Positions 59,736-64,000 of a DNA stretch of 64,000 nt are shown in pieces. Every line of letters starts with the position of its first letter. The first letter of the stretch is position 1. The translations under genes and the position numbers were made by a program. This DNA is from Babesia bigemina (Eukaryota), in the NCBI RefSeq assembly GCF_000981445.1, contig NC_027218.1, positions 62,001 to 126,000 of the forward strand, in the 5' to 3' direction. Under the pieces are notes generated by a model. That model worked only from the letters and a program-made list of their open reading frames with translations, was not told the origin of the DNA and made no database searches.

Positions 59736-60189
59736 GGCGCTGCTGCGATACGTGTAATTGCGCCGGGGTTGGATTAAAATGGCCAAGATTCCATCGGCCT
59801 ATGGAATCCACGGCGAGTCTGAGATTGGCTTGCCGGGGCAATGTAACGGCTTAAAATCTTTAGAATCTCGCATGCGAATCCACCAATTGCAAATGTATCA
59901 ACACGGGCGATAGCAGCGGATTCCTACTAAGATAATCTCTGACTAGTGTGTAGTATGTGTGAGTGTATGCATCGGCTCAGCCAAATTGGGGCGCTGCAAC
60001 ATCCAAACGAGGGTCCTCATATACTTAACGTGCGCGACTCCAATTGACAGTGTGTAGAAGATGCAACAGACATCGTTCACGCTCGGTCAACGGCGAGGAA
60101 GCGAGTATATGCCGTGCGACTAGTCCTCGACGAATCTCGCTTCACGGCGACATTAGCAGCCACACCGCTCTCCGAATAGCTTTAACAGG

Positions 60190-61796
60190 ATGCGTTGCAT
60201 GGTTAGCATTATCTGCCACGTCTATTTGGTGCTAGCAGCAGGATGGTTATGTACATTCGTCTACGGCGTCCAATGGAAGGTCCTTAACCCCGGTGATCCA
60301 GGTAAAAATGGTAAACATTTAGGCTGTATTTGCGTCAGACGATAAGAGTGTGACGAGAACGGCAAGCGCCTTTTCTGCCACAACGTTATATACCTTCGGA
60401 GGTGAATGGCAAGGTAAGTGAGAAGTCCAGAAGGCCAGTCTTACTATCCATAGGAACGTACAGCCGAGATCTGCGGCAATTCGATTTCTTCAAGAAGACG
60501 TGGACAAGTGTGGAAGTTGGTGGAACTGCTCCCGCACGAAGGGCTGGCGCAACGCTGACCAAGCTAGCATCTGCACTGTACCTCATCGGTGGCCACAACG
60601 AAAATGGCACAATAGGAAGCATACACAAATACGGTAAGCGTAAGAATCGGGGTCTATACAAGGTTATACGTAGACATCATCACTAACAAGTGGCATAACG
60701 TGCAAATATCAGGCGATGTCAACTTTATCCCGAGGAGCGGACACGCGGCATGCACGGACGGCCAAAATCGCATTTTCGTCTTCGGCGGATACAGTGATGT
60801 TAGTACTCAATAATGCAATAGTGATCTCATTTGTACCGTAGGAAGGTCTATTTCTCAATGATTTGTACGAGATACACTTGAGCTCCAAATCGAACCCTGA
60901 ATCTAACGCCCAACAAATAGACGCCACCTTCAAGCTTCTAAGCACAGGTATAGTGCTCAGATCGTACCATAACGTGTCATACAGATCTCAATGCTGGCGC
61001 TCTTAATCCATCCCCCAAGGAACACGCATCAATGGAAATTGTTGATGGCGTGCTCTACCTCTTCGGGGGGTACAGCTATGGAGGCAGCTGCGGCGACGGA
61101 ATGTAGGGGGAATTAAACGCGTTGCACTATTGATTATAGGTGGACGTTTGATCTGAAAACTTCCAAGTGGACGGCGTTGGAGTCCGAAATGTCGCCGCCG
61201 CCCATGGAGGGAATGAGCTCGATAACAATGGGCAGGAGCGTTCTATTTTTCGGCGGCTGTGACTTCAGCTACAATTCAAGTCGATGCTACAAGTTGGTTC
61301 TCATGATGACACACATGAATTTGGGGCAGCGATTTGTGGCGCTTCGACACCACAACAAATAAATGGTACATCATACCAACCGCTGATGACAAACCGGCCG
61401 CACGAGCCTTCGCATCCATCGCATTCTTGAATGGTAAAATATGCTTATAAACAGATTATTGGGTTAAAGGTGGCTTGGTTCTACACGGAGGTTCGAAAAT
61501 GGACGTTCGAGCATTCGGCGAAACATACCAGCTTCTCGATATGCCCTGTAAGGACCCCGCCCACACGTGCCTTGGTAGAGGTAATGTGCGCACTTAAGTT
61601 GCTCCACTGGATGCTCAGGCACATGCTCACTCACGTCTTGTGTATGTTCAAGCGGCTACGAAGGGCACGATTGTGGAATAACATCAGCGCCCGAGGACGC
61701 AGTAAAATCGGACGATGTACCATTCTACACGGAAATGTGAAACATACAACGTATGTGTGCTTCAACACGCCATACGTGCAAAACACTAAGAGTTAA
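60190..61796 (+). CDS. Secreted Kelch-repeat protein with C-terminal EGF-like module (multi-exon)
   Basis: Signal peptide; repeated Kelch blades (LYTFGG, LYLIGG, IFVFGG, LYLFGG, VLFFGG, VLHGG); Cys pattern CVCSSGYEGHDC. Ends approximate. Confidence 0.7.
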
Positions 61797-61815
61797 TATC
61801 GCAATTTAAACGATG

Positions 61816-63837
61816 TTATGACGAGGGCATCATGGATATGCGCCTCTTCAAAAAACCCGGAAGCGCTGAGTCCTGCAACGTCCGGCGCACCTCGTCAGAC
61901 GTTAGCCGACGGGTGCCAGGGTGGTTTTGACCTGAAAGGACCATTTTCAGCGAGTTAAGCGACACGTGGCTTTTCTTCAGCACCCACATCTTCCTGTCGC
62001 CGCGTAAAAATGGTATGGCCACCTGCTTTAACAAACTCTCAAACACAGGCGCCGAATCGATGGAGTAGCCCTGAGCAGTGAGCTCCTGCGAAATTTGCTC
62101 CGCAGAGTATACGCGGTTCTTTAAGGCGCTTATTATCGCGCCTTTTAGAATGTATCGGTAAATAATCTGCGATACTTTTGAGCTCTGGGTCTCGCGCAGC
62201 GTTTTCACATGCTTCATGCTCTCCAGCAGTCGGTTGCTCCAGTTGACTTGATAGGTTTTCATCAGGGCACCGTACTTGTTATAAAACTCACTGTCTCGCT
62301 TAAGTTTAAGCGTCCAGAGCTTACCGTGTTGCATTGCCACCTGCGATATCATCTCGTGGACCATGCGCACTGGGAGGCCAGTGAGGCTGTGCACAGCCTC
62401 AATGGTCACGTGACCGTACGCACCCTTCTGCAACAAATCTCTCATCACAACATCGCGATAAAACAGTCCCAATATCACGTCGCGACATACTATCAAATAC
62501 GCGCGATCTTCATCGTCAAAATCATCCTCTGTGGTATAATTGGGAATCGCATGCTCCGACGACAAAATCCAGTTGCCGTCAATGTTGGTCGCAAACTCCT
62601 GCAGCATTACGATCAATTGATCGTCGCTTACTTCAGGCCCCGCAATAATGTCCTTCTTCAGTGCGTAAAAGGAGTCTATGTACCTCTGGGTGAGCAGCAA
62701 CTTCAGCTGCGTCCGCACATCCAAGGTGCCCATGAAACGGACATTCGGCGTGTTTTCGTGCATGCATCGATATGCTATCTGACCATTGTCTGTACTGAAT
62801 GCGGGATTTGTTGAGTGTTGGTAGCCATCCACATCTGACTCCAGACTGCGGTGCCATTCATCCTGGTATTTGCCGTACTCCTGGGCAAAGCAGACTGCAT
62901 TTATGTACATCGACGGATTTTCGTGGAAGTATATCGGCCTACGTGCAAGTTGTTGCAGTGTCCGGCACCTCTGTGTCAACATCTGCACGATTTCACGAGA
63001 TTCAGCCGAATCCATTTCGCTTATCTTGCCCACGTCACGCCACTGCAGGTTGCGATTCTGAAACAAGCTGTTCAAAGTGTCGTCGAAATTTACAATCTCA
63101 CTCATGTAGGGTTTAACCTTTGGCCGCAGCTGTATCACCCCGCGAACCGGCACAATATGCAGCGACCGCACCAAACCGCTATCGGTCTCCTCCACTACGA
63201 GCACGCCAAGGCAATCAGAGACGTGATCCCCAGTCACAATTTCAGACCTCAGTTTCAAGGTCTTCTTCTTGTCGGCGGAAACCGGTTTGGAGAGGTCGAA
63301 CAGGTGGATGGTGTTAGTCAAATCCGAGGGCTCGTATCGAAGAAAAGGGCTTGAAGCACGAGAGCTCTTCTTAGCTGATAGCGACATCACGTTCACCGGA
63401 TATTTTGTACCCAGATCATAGACGAACTTTAGGTAGGGGCAACTGCTTCGTTTGGTTTTCTTGATAATGGATGCCACTCCGTATGTACGTTCATCGACCA
63501 CCTCGCGCTTCGACTCCTTACCGATGGACAATGTCGACAACGGCAGCATATCCGTTGCGTTGGAACTTAGGGCAATGCGATTTTGTATGTCCACATCCTT
63601 GGAAGCGTTGGGGCAATCGGAAGTTGACAACTCCAGCGGGTACTGCAGCAGAAACAAATCGCCGAAGGGCTTGCTGCACAACTCGCTTGCCACGGAAATT
63701 GTTTTGGCTGGCTCAGCAATACGACCCAACAGGTCTTGGAGTACCGTATTGTTTACGAATACGTCAAACTCGCAAACAACAGGGTCATCTTCCACCGGAT
63801 CCAGGTCCATGGCGTCATCTTCACGGGCATCCCTCAT
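61816..63837 (-). CDS. RPC5: RNA polymerase III subunit RPC5 (Sin-like N-terminus)
   Basis: EDDPVVCEFDVFVN..LFLLQYP, LHIVPVRGVIQLRP, GNWILSS and CRDVILGLF are typical RPC5/POLR3E segments. Confidence 0.8.
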   Translation of the reverse strand: MRDAREDDAMDLDPVEDDPVVCEFDVFVNNTVLQDLLGRIAEPAKTISVASELCSKPFGDLFLLQYPLELSTSDCPNASKDVDIQNRIALSSNATDMLPLSTLSIGKESKREVVDERTYGVASIIKKTKRSSCPYLKFVYDLGTKYPVNVMSLSAKKSSRASSPFLRYEPSDLTNTIHLFDLSKPVSADKKKTLKLRSEIVTGDHVSDCLGVLVVEETDSGLVRSLHIVPVRGVIQLRPKVKPYMSEIVNFDDTLNSLFQNRNLQWRDVGKISEMDSAESREIVQMLTQRCRTLQQLARRPIYFHENPSMYINAVCFAQEYGKYQDEWHRSLESDVDGYQHSTNPAFSTDNGQIAYRCMHENTPNVRFMGTLDVRTQLKLLLTQRYIDSFYALKKDIIAGPEVSDDQLIVMLQEFATNIDGNWILSSEHAIPNYTTEDDFDDEDRAYLIVCRDVILGLFYRDVVMRDLLQKGAYGHVTIEAVHSLTGLPVRMVHEMISQVAMQHGKLWTLKLKRDSEFYNKYGALMKTYQVNWSNRLLESMKHVKTLRETQSSKVSQIIYRYILKGAIISALKNRVYSAEQISQELTAQGYSIDSAPVFESLLKQVAIPFLRGDRKMWVLKKSHVSLNSLKMVLSGQNHPGTRRLTSDEVRRTLQDSALPGFLKRRISMMPSS

Positions 63838-64000
63838 TTCATTCGACGACAAACGAGAAAACAAATAGAAGCATCAATGAAGCGAATTGTGATTCAAAAG
63901 TACAATAACGTTTGTGGATTCGAAAATTGATGCGAAAATCCATAGAAGGAACTCAGCGTTATGCGATGTCAATGCGATAGAATCCTAAAATACGAGCACA

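Overview
Eukaryotic, gene-dense DNA with many very short (~30-45 nt) GT-AG introns. The ves1/'Ebh-like' antigen and the gene content point to a piroplasm of the genus Babesia, probably the B. bigemina/B. ovata group (inference). About 25 protein-coding genes and one intron-containing tRNA-Tyr can be supported. Housekeeping genes: Ars2/SERRATE, UBA3, MnmE, Fe-SOD, a Hus1-like clamp subunit, GatB, a RAP protein, ER DnaJ, ORC2, poly(A) polymerase, IMP4, EXO5, RNase H2A, hexokinase, a SURP protein and RPC5. Less ordinary genes: a signal-peptide 2H phosphoesterase, a ~2877-aa SWIM + HATPase + DUF3883 (NO VEIN-like) protein, a micro-exon-encoded CPW-WPC protein and a Kelch-EGF protein. An accessory island (~22.8-32.8 kb) between ORC2 and tRNA-Tyr holds a ves1-like gene interrupted by one in-frame TAA and a convergent Cys-rich membrane-protein gene. 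Both island genes are preceded by chains of tiny intron/exon units; in one case these form a tandem array made almost entirely of splice signals. Several gene pairs have zero or negative spacing, including an ATGA stop/start overlap. Exon boundaries were read by eye and are approximate. All family assignments come from recognised motifs, not from database searches.
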